64,000 bases of DNA from Podarcis vaucheri. Taxonomy: Eukaryota. The notes under the pieces were generated by a model, which saw only the letters and a program-made list of their open reading frames with translations, was not told where the DNA came from and ran no database searches. Below are positions 47,629 to 58,785 of this stretch, in pieces; position 1 is the first letter of the stretch, and each line of letters begins with the position of its first letter. The stretch lies in assembly GCA_965113315.1 (NCBI GenBank), contig OZ220365.1; one strand, given 5' to 3'. Made by a program: the position numbers and the translations under genes.

Positions 47629-50201
47629 CAGGGTTGCCATATTTTGGAGAGCAAAAAAGAGGACACATTTGCTGACTTCTACTTTTAACTACAGATCTCT
47701 ATGAAAACTCTCATTTGAAATATCCCTACTATATGTAGGCTATTCCCACATAAACTTACATAGGATTCCACTACTGATGGCCATTAAGACACAGAGGTTA
47801 GATGCCATCTGTCAGGGACATAAGAGCGATAGGTCCTTTGGATTAGTAGTACAGCAGCAGCCAGCCTTCCCTCCAGATTCTGATGACTGCCGGCCACTGC
47901 CTCTCAGGGTTCATTGATCAGCAAACTGTAGAGTTGGAAGGGGTCCTGAGGGTCTGATATGACTATCATTCTCTGAAATTTCCTCTCTGCCCCCCAGCGC
48001 CCTCTGAAGCTGACCACCACCCACCCACCCCACTTCGCCCCTCTACCTGCCAGGCAACTTTGAGGTGCTGGAAGCCGTGGTTGAAGAGCAGCTCCTGCAG
48101 CACCATCTGCACTGGCACATTATGGTCAAAGGGCAAGCACAGCAGCCAGTGGAGGGGCTTGGGGCTGCGTGGGTCATTGCCCACCTGCATCTTGGGGTTG
48201 GCCCCTCCATGCGCCCCATGGCTGTGTGCCACCAAGAAGTGGAAGTGGAGTAGTGGCTTGCTGGGCACCTTGGTGGCCTGGCAGGTCGAGCTCAGGTCCA
48301 GCTGGAAGGAGCCATTTCCAGCACCAGGGGAGTTGTCATGGAAGGGAAACTACCCGCGGCTTCTGGTTCCACTCTGCCTTAATGGAGGCAGCTCCCACGA
48401 CAGCAGGAGATTGTTGGTGAAGGAAATCCCAGGATGATTGAAGGTAATTATCATTGCAAATTCCCTCCAGGGACGGGGTGGGGTGGGGATGGACTTCATT
48501 CGCAGTTCGTCTCGGTACCTGGCTCTCGCTCAGGCATGGATTGTGGGAGGCAGGGAGGTGCTGAGTGCAAAAAAGTCTTACAAGGACAGGAAGAAACAAC
48601 ACGGACAAAATAAGCCTCCAAAAACCCTCCAATGCCACCAATAAGAAGCAGAGGTTTTCCAGTTAATTAGAGTTTAATTGGACAAAAGTACAGGCACATG
48701 CTAGAAGAGATGAGATCACAAACTGCGGAACAATAACAACTGCAAAGACTTTAAGGTTTGAATTTGAGATACGAGTAAGACTTCATTCGGTGCAAAAGAT
48801 GGTGTGTGGGGAGGGGAGCTTATGGTTTCTTTATTTAAAGTTTTCTTTTCTACATTTAGGATTTGGCAACCCTCCTCTTAATGTTAGTTCAAAGTAGTTG
48901 TATTTGTACAAGCAAGGACGGAAGAAATTGGATTATCGATATGGAATGTAATATTAAACGGAACTGTGTGTGTAAAAAAACAGGAGAAAGGGAGGGAAGC
49001 TCTATTTTTGCAAAAGGTTTATGATGGAAACTTAGAGCTGACTCTTCCCCATCCTTTATTATTTACGGAGTGAACTGAATAATGCTAAGAGGACTTGGAA
49101 TTTAATTTAATTGGAAGTATAATTGCTCATTTATCTTCAGTTGGACAGAAGGATGAAAGGAGTCTGTGAACTTGCCAAGGAACTGATAAGGTTCACTACT
49201 GAGTCATCTGCAGTTCAACAGACCACTCTTCTTCCCAGGCTGAGAGGGAAAAGGGTAAAAACAGGTTATTTATTGGGACACAGTGATTTTTGCATCTGTT
49301 GTTAAAGTTGTAAAACAATGAAGCATGAAACTGAGCAATTTAGAAATTTCAGGAACAACAGTGGGATATCAGCTCTGCCCAAGGCATGATGGAGTACAGC
49401 AAGAACCGGGCGAAAGAAAGACATAACATCTTACAAGGACAGGAAGAAACATCACTGACAAAATAATTGCCACACACAGGAAGAACAAGGATATAGTTTG
49501 AGTTCCTCACTTGTAGTTTTATAAATTATTTAATGTGTCAACATGAATAGAAGTTATTGATACTGCAGTTGTTGTATAGGGGATTATTATTATGACCAGA
49601 ATGTAATGGAAATTAATAAGATTTTGGAACACAGAAATAAAGCAAACAATCAAGCCATCAATTCTAGCATGTGGGAGGCCATCTCATCTAAATTATATAA
49701 TTCGGTATTTGAACAATTGGTATTAATAATTGTATTATAAATTGGTATTCCTATAATGAGGATACTATTAGATTGTAATTGAAAACTAATAAAAATTATT
49801 ATCAAAAAAAGAGAAGGGAAACAACCTGCCGACCACCTCCATCACCTGGCACACAAATGGCACCACCTCTCACCCGGCCTGGCCTTGGCTGCTTCCGTTC
49901 CCTCCGCCGACTGGAAAGAAGAGCCGCGTTTCGAGGTTCCACGCTTCAGAAGGGCCCTGATAACAAAAAGCAGCAATTCTCACTCTCACACAAACATAAA
50001 CGCCTCATGCATTTGGAGTTTATAGTTGGATCAAGTCAAAGGTCTATAATCCTGCTCTCTCATCGACCCTGTGATACTAATGGTACCAAACAACACCCCC
50101 CTCCCAGACATTTAGCCAAAATTTAAAAATCCAGCTGGACAGAACTTTAAACTGTGAAAAAGAGGATGTGTCCAGGGGGAAATGAACATATGGCAACCCT
50201 A
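47629..50201. mobile_element. 2.57-kb non-autonomous hAT element with internal cargo (candidate Pack-TIR)
   Basis: TIRs CAGGGTTGCCATATTTT and (reverse complement) TAGGGTTGCCATATGTT, 15/17 identical; perfect 8-bp TSD AACTTGTG at 47621-47628 and 50202-50209; AAAAAGAGGA subterminal motifs at both ends; no transposase ORF. Confidence 0.85.
48047..48428 (-). pseudogene. Exon-like coding fragment of an unidentified gene inside the hAT element
   Basis: 127 codons with one in-frame TAG (48350-48352); strongly C/G-ending codons (..CTG CAG GAG CTG CTC TTC AAC CAC GGC TTC CAG CAC CTC..); donor-like CAG|GTAGAG at 48046. Confidence 0.55.
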
Positions 50202-50692
50202 AACTTGTGCCTTCTCAAATCACTTCACAGCAAAGTACTGTTTCCTCAGATCTTCCGGCACTCAGATGCAGCTCTCACTCCTACAACTGGAGATGCCAGG
50301 GCAGAATACCTCACCCAGGTAAGCAAGGGAAGGAGAAATCTACCAAGCATAGCTGTGGCAAGGGTCTTTCATGCCCCCTTTGCCCCCTCCCCTCTCGCAG
50401 TATAGGATCACTGTGTCTTGGCTCTCCTGCTTTGGAGAAATAATCTTCAACAGCAAGTAGCAGGGTCTCCTGTGCAGAAGACATGTTCCCCATATCCAGT
50501 CAATCTAGCTGTCAGTAGACACTCCACTCCAGCCATTGTTGATGCTGGTCAAGTAGTCCTGACTACATTTGTCCTGTAGGGTCACATCTTGGTCACATAT
50601 CTTGGACACACTAAGCAGAACATCCCTAGCCAGTCAACAAGGTTTTCAGAGGAGGCTCTACTGGCTATACCACAATCAGTGGACTGCCTCCT

Positions 50693-50872
50693 TATTTTGT
50701 TTGTTTATTAATGATATATCCCACCTTTCCTCCAAGGTGGCCCACCCTGTGAAGTAGGCTAAGGTGAGAGATTGCAAGTGACTCATAATCACCCCATAAA
50801 CTTCATGGCTGAGTGTGGATTTGAACTCTGGTCTCCCAGGTCCAACACCCTCAACACTGAACCACACTGGCT
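50693..50872 (-). mobile_element. Squam3-like SINE
   Basis: Antisense tRNA-like head (GGATTTGAAC; ACCACACTGGCT) and (TTTG/TTTA)n tail. Confidence 0.7.
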
Positions 50873-53020
50873 TTTGTAAGATTCCTCTTATGGCATCTCA
50901 TGTAAGTCAACTGAACACAAGGCTTTTCTGCATGAGCTGGCAGGTGGTCAGAGGGGGTAGTTGAACTTTACTGACATTTGCTGCAAACTGAAGAGTGTTT
51001 TGTGTAGTTTGTTGTTGTTCTAGAAATCCAAACTGGCCTCACCACCACTTTTAACCTGCAATATTAGCAGTGGACTACATTGCAGGGCTGTCATACGTAA
51101 GCCAGTTCCTCTCAGCCACAGTCTGAATTATACAGATAACACACTGTATTGACACACAATATGCTATGAGTGTTATTTTGTCCAGGGGAAAGGATAGTTC
51201 CATGGTGTTAATGAATTGTTTCCAAAAGCAAAGGCAATATTCTATTAGGTAGTAAAAAGAATTTCTTCTGCAGCTGTGTTTGCTCCTTTGGCAAAATAGG
51301 ATTAGAATCTTACTCAGGAGTAGCAGACATGGCAGCATTCGTTTACTTCCTAACCTTACTGACTGTGTCCTCCCCTTCTATTGTCTTCTTACACCTCCCT
51401 CTTGATGTGCGTGTGCACACCCTCTCCCAATTATCTGGCTAGCTCTTGGGCTAGGGACCTGAGTTTTTCTTTTTGTTACTCTGTAAATGAACATGATGCA
51501 TTGAAGGTTTAGTTCATTTGCTGGATATATGAATAAATATTATGTATGTTTTAAATTGTAGTGGCTGTTTTTCCTCCCTTTATATTTTGTGGCAGCTAAT
51601 TGCTTACAATAAATTCAGACTGATTTTTAACTTTAGGTAGGAAATATATCCAGGTACCCAGAGGCTTACAAGCGTTTTAGCAATTCAGATGCAATGCAAT
51701 ACATTAACCAGCGGAGGGTTACAGTCTGACACTGGGCACTGAATGTTTGCCAGCCAGTTTCTTCAGATTATGAATTACAGAGCATTTCATGATACGACTA
51801 ACCCCTCCATCTTACACACACAGTTTTCTAGAAGCAGTAACATTGCTTCTACACAACGGTGTTTAGTCTTTTGAAAGTGGTGAAAGAGTGCACACATACA
51901 CAGAAGTAAATTTAATTGAAAGAAATGGACTGTTCCATGTAACATGTTTAGGACAGTGAGGGGAAACCTGTGGCCCTCCAGACAGTGCTGGACTCCCAAC
52001 TCCCATTATCCCTGACCCTTGGCCAGGCTGGCTGGCTTGAAGGAGCTCAACAGCGTTGGGGAAGGAGGGTCACCAGTTTGGGACATACACCCCAATCACA
52101 CCCTTGCCATTTTTAAAGGTTTTGTTTGCATTTGATCTAGTTACCAGAAAGGCAAACTCCATTTCCCTCTAGCCTTTAAAATAAAAATAAAAAACAGCTG
52201 TGATTTAGATGCCTTTCAGTTGTCTCAGACCCGACCTAGATAAAACAATTTCTGATTTAAAGTGCTGGTAATCATGTTTGTTTGTTTGTTTTTATTTAGC
52301 AAGATTTATATATCTAATAATTAAAAAAAACACCTTGAAGTGGTTTACATTTAGGACTGGGGTTTAATAATACTTGCATTTTACCCTCCTTTACCCTTCC
52401 TCTAGCTATGGATTCACTTGTTTCCTATGTTGGCTAATATATAATTCTGTGTAAACCAAACTCATGTATATTTTAAACAATATGTTGTTTGAATAGTGGG
52501 TATCACAGTGCCCATGTACTTTCCCCCTTCTTGGAGCCATCACCACCACCACCACCACCACAACAACAACTGTATTTTACAAATAAATAGATTTGTGCAC
52601 TTAGTTACCCCACCTGCTGTCTCAGAAACTCCCCAGTCATGTGAACTTTAAGTAAATGATTCCTTTTTTTGTTCCTCTTCAAGTGCCCACAACTAGTGAG
52701 ATTTTCAGTATTCAACCCTGAAATCTGAAGGATGAAACTTGGGGCTACTTGAAATTGTTTAGTAATTACCAGAGAACCATCACTTATACAGAGACTAACG
52801 TGGGAGTGCATTTTCTATGACCCAGTCTCTTCCATATCCAATAACATGTAATTATCAAGCCTAAGAAGTCCAGCGAAGGATTGTTGAACTAACCTGACTT
52901 CCTCCCCGCCCCTTTTTTTGAACACTGAACTTAACAATAATGGACCTGGAGTAATAATTAACAGGCATTCCTATTCAACTACCTATACTTGTCCTAGGAT
53001 CAGTGCTTTTTTTTGGGGGG

Positions 53021-53100
53021 GGTACTCAAGACTACGCAGTACTGGCACCTCTTTTTTTAAAAAATGTGGTACTTACTGTAACAACTTCATGGTGAGAAGG
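53021..53100. mobile_element. hAT element end fragment
   Basis: CAGTGCTTTTT..GGGGGTACTCAAG..AGTACTGGC recurs at about 61868-61915. Confidence 0.5.
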
Positions 53101-54155
53101 ATCACTAGTGCAAGAAATGTAGCATCTTCCTGTATTTTAAGATTGAGGAGGAGTGTAATCAGCTTATTCTCATGACAGAACTCTGAATGTATCTCAGCTT
53201 TATGTCTAGTTTTATACAGATTAATTCAAATACATGGACTTCCAGTTCTGCCTCTATTATAGCCCGTTCCTGTTTCCAGGTATGCCAAAAGAGTGTCTGC
53301 TTACTGTGACAGAACAGCAGGATTAGAACTGATTTGTTCTTACTAAATTGACTTATGCATGTTTTATAGCCTTTAGCTAATTACATCCATCCAGCTCAAT
53401 ACCTTACAAATAGTTACTATGTACATCCACCCAGCACCATTTTTAGATAATATGTATGCACTTAATCATGATTGATGATGAAATAAGCAGCCAACTTCTA
53501 GAGTTGTCTAGAATTGCAGTTGTAACCCAAGATGTAAAATAGTTGCATCTGACATGACTTTAGCTGGTCAATGGCAATTCTCCATTTTAACTGTTTATCA
53601 CATAATGCCCCTGCAAAAATGGTAACATATGAAGTTTCATTACATATAACTTGGTATGAGAAAGGCATGAATATATCAATGGATATTTATATGGATATTC
53701 CCAGGCCTATCTTCAATACCCTTACTTATAACTAAGTTCAATTCATTTAAGCAACACTTAATTCTTGATAATTGTGCTTAGGACCAGGTTACTGTTGTCT
53801 TCTGAAATCATTTTTTCCTGCTGAGCATATGTTGTGAATGCTTTACATGTCTAGGTCACAGCTTCCAACTATTTGGGAAGCAGGTTGAACAGGATATAGA
53901 GAAGATGGGGACTCTGTTCCCCAGCAAATGCTGTTGCACTACAACACTCAACATTGGTGACCATTGGCTGTGCTGGCTGGGCCTGATGAGCACTGAAATC
54001 CAACAACAGCTGGAGGACAATAGGCTCCCCATTCCTGATCTATATGGTTGAATTTGAATGGTTGAAGTATTTGCATTTCCGGGTCAGCACACCAAAATCA
54101 ACAGGAGCTGATTTCACCAGTGTTCTACAGTTAGCAATGGTTATTCTAACTGGTA

Positions 54156-54479
54156 GGGGATGTGGGTGGTGCTGTGGTGTAAACCACAGAGCCTAGGGCT
54201 TGCCGATCAGAAGGCCGGCGGTTCGGATCCCTGCGACGGGGTGAGCTCCTGTTGTTCGGTCCCAGCTCCTGCCAACCTAGCAGTTCGAAAGCATGTCAAA
54301 GTGCAAGTAGATAAATAGGTACCGCTCCGGTGGGAAGGTAAACGGCGTTTCTGTGTGCTGCTCTGGTTCGCCAGAAGCGGCTTAGTCATGCTGGCCACAT
54401 GACCCGGAAGCTGTACGCCGACTCCTGCAACCCCAGAGTTGTCCGCGACTGGACTTAACAATCAGGGGTCCCTTTACCT
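54156..54479 (+). mobile_element. Near full-length Sauria SINE (Podarcis/lacertid type)
   Basis: tRNA-like head, body ..CCTGCCAACCTAGCAGTTCGAAAGCA..GTGCAAGTAGATAAATAGGTACC.., tail CCCTTTACCTTT; about 15-bp TSD TTATTCTAACTGGTA / TTATGCTGACTGGTA (13/15). Confidence 0.92.
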
Positions 54480-54769
54480 TTATGCTGACTGGTACTTAGT
54501 TACTTGTAATCAAGTAATATGGGGAAATAACATCTTATTTAAGAAAACATAAGTAAAAATGATGGGGCCACAACCTGACAGGAAGGCATGCACTAGTTCA
54601 GGAAATGCTTGGCTTAGTCCCTGGCCCTCTGTCAGGACAGCAGGACGTGGCTATTTTGCTTTGGTGGTGGTATGGCAATTTGCTAAGAGCTGATATTCAT
54701 TCATTCATGTATTATAGCAGGCCTCACTCCTGTTGTTGAAAACAGATTTTGGAGCTAAGCTCTGATGCA

Positions 54770-54872
54770 CCTTGCAGGTGTTCCATAGGCATTTCATTGG
54801 CCACTGTGAGAACACAACGCTGGACTGGATGGGCCCTTGGTCGGATCCTGCAGGCTCGTCCTATGTTCTTAT
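54770..54872 (+). mobile_element. CR1-type 3' UTR fragment
   Basis: ..GGCCACTGTGAGAACAC..GCTGGACTGGATGGGCCCTTGGTCGGATCC..TATGTTCTTA. Confidence 0.6.
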
Positions 54873-55085
54873 TTTGTTGGTGCACTAGATGAATGATCTC
54901 AGGACCCATTCTAAGTTGACATAATTAAAACTCATTCCATCACATTTTATATGAACCTTAAATTAGCTGAGAGGCAAATGTTCCACCACAAATGGTTGGT
55001 AAACTGGGTGGAGTATATTCTACTAATGCCATATGAGAGTCTTTCATCATTTTTGTGAAGTACAGTATATACTTCTGTGCACTGT

Positions 55086-55247
55086 GTTTCCGTGTGCTGC
55101 TCTGGTTCGCCAGGAGCGGCTTAGTCATGCTGGCCACAAGACCCAGAAGCTGTCTGCAGACAAACGGCTAGTAAAGCGAGATGAGCGCCGCAACCCCAGA
55201 GTCGTCCGCGGCTGGACCTAACGGTCAGGGGTCCCTTTACCTTACAG
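55086..55247 (+). mobile_element. 5'-truncated Sauria SINE
   Basis: Aligns by eye to the 3' half of the copy at 54156-54479 (GCTGCTCTGGTTCGCCAG..TCAGGGGTCCCTTTACCTT). Confidence 0.9.
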
Positions 55248-55480
55248 CAGGGGTAGGCAACCTAAGGCCCGGGGGCCGGATGCGGCCCAATCGCCTTCTC
55301 AGTCCAGCCCGCGGACAGTCTGGGAATCAGTGTCTATTAACGTGAGTAGAATGTGTGCTTTTATTTAAAATGCACCTCTGGGTTATTTGTGGGGCATAGG
55401 AATTCATTCATTTTTTTTCTTCAAAAATGGTCTGAGGGATGGTGGACTGGCCCATGGCTGAAAAAGGTTGCTGACCCCTG
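55248..55480. mobile_element. Non-autonomous hAT (Charlie/OC1-like) element inserted at the SINE tail
   Basis: TIRs CAGGGGTAGGCAACCT / AGGTTGCTGACCCCTG (14/16); perfect TSD CCTTACAG at 55240-55247 and 55481-55488. Confidence 0.92.
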
Positions 55481-55899
55481 CCTTACAGTATTTGAAGTAC
55501 AGTTCATATATCTGGCTCAGGTCCGTGACAGCTTATGTCATTGTAAATGTGTTAGTCTTGCTGAGAGTAAAGCAACAGTGTGGTAACTTACCTGAACCGG
55601 GGGGGGGGGCAATAGGCAGAAAGGCAACCTATTCTTCTCTTGTTGATTTCTTCCTGAGTAACTTTCTGTAGATTGCTTTTCTTCAGGCTTTACTTCCTTC
55701 CTGCTTCTTCTCTGTTAGTGTTAGTGTTAACGTTATGTTTGTCACATGTAAATTTGTACTCAGGATGACTTAAGTTTCTTTTCCCCTTTTAAACATATTT
55801 TATTCTTTTTTATTACAGAAAACATGTTTCATTTTCCTTTCAACCAGCAGTCTTACCAGACTATTTACTTCTGCACTCCCCTGCTATATATCCCAAACT

Positions 55900-56100
55900 C
55901 TAGCATAGGGCCTTCTTGGTAGTGACACTCTCCTTGTGGAACACCCTCCCTTCAGATATCAAGGAGATTAAAAACTACATAGCTTTTAGAAGACATCTGA
56001 AGACAGCCGTGTATTGGGAAGTTTTTAATGTTTGATGTTTTATTACGTTTTGATATATGCTGTAAGCTGCCCAGAGTGGCAGGAGTAAATAATAAAATCA
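55900..56100 (+). mobile_element. L2 LINE 3' fragment
   Basis: ..AGGGCCTTCTTGGTAGTGACAC..TGTGGAACACCCTCCC..TTTTAGAAGACATCTGAAGACAG..GCTGCCCAGAGTGGC, a typical lizard L2 end. Confidence 0.7.
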
Positions 56101-57832
56101 TCATCATCATCATCAACATGGGCAAGTCTTAGGGTGTCACAAAACCTTTTGTTGCTTTTGCTGCAACAGACTAATATGGCTCAGGAAATTGACTTCTGTT
56201 GGGAATATTGGCATGCTTACAGTTAGAACTAAAATGCTACTCCGTACAGTATGCACTGGTTATGCGCATGAGCTGGTTCTCCCTATTTGTTTGATAAATA
56301 TTACTACCTAGAATGTGGCCCATCTTGAGGCCTGCAGGTATAGGGCGGTATATAAATTCAGTAGAGGAGGAGGGGGAGGAGGAAATGTTTCCTGATTCAA
56401 AAAAGCCCTGCCAAAAAGAAGGAAAGAAATGATGTACTTGTTAGTATGTTATGATAAAAAGTGGACCTACCTTATGTGAGAAACTCCTTTCTGCAATATG
56501 ACAGGCATCAACAACTGTGTGCTTTAGGGGTCTATCAAAACCATGGCTTGCTTGCCACTTCCTAATAATTGAGGCCAATTTGAACTGCTTTTGGAGCTCT
56601 AACGATGATGTTCATTAAATTGTTTTATTGCTTTTTTATTACTGCTTTTGTAAACTGCTTTGAGATTTATTTGTTTTTTTATAGAAAGTGTCTTCAAATT
56701 GTTTTAAAGAAATTTATACTTCGGGGGGGGTGTATAGAGAACAGTTATGTTCTGTGGTTGCAGTGTGTGATCACATCAATGGTGTAGAGGGAAAGCAAGC
56801 AAATGAAAAACACATTTTCACTGGCTGGGAAAAGGTTTATCAAATGATGGGAAGGTGCAGTGGGGAAGACATCCCTGTTGGTGCGGAGTGTGTGTGTGTA
56901 TTTTAGGTTAGTTGGTTAGCAGGGATCACACAGTTTCTAATCAACTTGGAGAAGCATTTCAAAATAGTGGGAAATGGGGAGTGAATGATGCCACAACACA
57001 CAACACACAACACACAATCTAGCAGGTGCATTGTTTTGTATCCAGCACAGTAGCTGGAGAAAATATGTTTGTGGTCTCCTGCAACAGCTGTGTACTAATG
57101 AGTGACTCTATACATTAACACACTGGTCTCAAAATGCCCTTAGCAGAGTAAGATAACAGAAGAAGAGAAAGCTTAAAATCATATGCTTTGGAAAGCAATA
57201 GTGCACTTGCTTTTGTAAAATGTAAGTCTGTCTATCCCTTTGTTTAAAAAGCTGCCCAATCTGCAATCCAGGTAAATCCACCTACATTAAACCAATCTAA
57301 GCCCCATCAAGTTCAAGCTGATCTACAGCTCAGCTAAGTACAAGGATCTTAAGCTGATTAATACCCTGACACTATACATGTTTCTTGGAAATAAGTCTTA
57401 TTGAAATCAATGGGACATGCTACTAAGTAATATGTTTAGAATTGGAGTTTTAGCCAATTGGCTTAAATCCTAATAATTCACATTAATTGGATTTGAGAAT
57501 CTGGCAACCATTAAACGTTCTCTGTCCATTAAACCTAGACAGGAGATATTTGATGTAGAATAAGTAGTACAGTCACGAAGATCTTCATTGTCTGCATTGG
57601 ATTCTATTTGATGTTCCAGGGAGGTGACAGGTTCTTAGAATTGCTGAACCTAAACCGACTTGTTTGGAAATCACAACCCATGTCAGAAGTGTAGTTTTTG
57701 GTGAACTTCCACAAAAATAGCTCCAAATCTTCTTCTTCAATAGCTTTGGGCAAAACAAAAACAAGAAGCTCAAGGAAAAAGGTAGTGAAAGTCACTATGG
57801 CAAGATTCTTCTTTTCAGTGTAGGACTTAGAA

Positions 57833-57954
57833 TCATAGAATCATAGAGTTGGAAGAGACCACAAGGGCCATCGAGTCCAACCCCCTGCTTCCTGCTTGGC
57901 AGGGGGTTGGACTCGATGGCCCTTGTGGTCTCTTCCAACTCTATGATTCTATGA
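57833..57954. repeat. Perfect inverted repeat of two CR1 3' ends (56-bp arms, 10-nt spacer)
   Basis: 57833-57888 is the exact reverse complement of 57899-57954. Confidence 0.95.
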
Positions 57955-58396
57955 CTTTATTGTCCAGGATAATACCAGGTGTTACTATACTGTGTCCCAT
58001 AGCTGACATTTGCACAGCACAGTGATGTTGCCATGTATACTCAATGAATACTCAATGAATACTCAATGCCATACAGCAAAAAGTAAAGTGCATTCATGAA
58101 TAACGAATTAAACATCAGTTTTTTAGTCACAGTGATAAACGAAAAGTGTCTTAGCCAATTCTCAGCTGTTAACTGAACACCTGTCTTCCAACTTTTGGCA
58201 ACCTAACCTAGCATCTGTCAGCATAAGCCCAACAAATAGGTTTAGGTGGGGATATGTAATAAATAATAAAAAGATAACAGAAAAATGGGGGAAGAGTGAG
58301 CAAAGCAGGGGACCAAAAAAAGGAGAAATATTTTTGGAAATAATCTGACCTTAAGCATTTCCAAAAAAAGCATTGAAGTAGTAGTTTAATTTTAGG

Positions 58397-58785
58397 CATA
58401 GGTGTGCATACGGGATGTGCCAGGTGTGCCCAGGCACACCCTAATGTCTGGAGGTGAGAAAGTGTCTTTGTGAGTCCCTGACCTTCCCCAGCTGTAGTAG
58501 AGCATGGCTCTGCCATGTCGACCAGGCTGATCCTCCATGTGTCCCAGTGAGCTGTGCCTCAGGCCCCTGGGCAGGCCATGGTGCCCACCTCCATATTAGC
58601 CTTGATCACCAGTGGTTGGTGAGTTGGGTTCTGAGGAGCCTCCCACACATCACTTTTTGTGGAGACATCTGTGGAGGTGAGAGGCTGATTTTGTGGTGCA
58701 AGCTGCATGTATTATCTCAAGCAACATTCCCGAGTGCTCCTGCCCCCTTTTCCACAAAGGCAAAAATCCATGGGTGCACACCATG
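58397..58785. mobile_element. Probable hAT (Tip100-like) non-autonomous element
   Basis: Termini CATAGGTGTGCA / TGCACACCATG around a GC-elevated interior; no TSD found. Confidence 0.45.

Noticed and set aside
50250-50318. Plus-strand 69-bp AG..GTAAGC mini-exon
   Set aside because: Good splice motifs but no partner exons or recognisable product; chance occurrence cannot be excluded.
47270-50610. A five-exon unitary pseudogene model with apparently matching phases (PA14-, GPS- or TIR-like motifs)
   Set aside because: It needed four mutated splice dinucleotides. The TIRs plus TSD show the two central pieces belong to an insertion while the outer pieces are one contiguous frame. The domain resemblances are only a few residues.
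54156-54240. tRNA gene
   Set aside because: The A/B-box-like sequence is the tRNA-derived head of a Sauria SINE, continuous with the SINE body and TSD.
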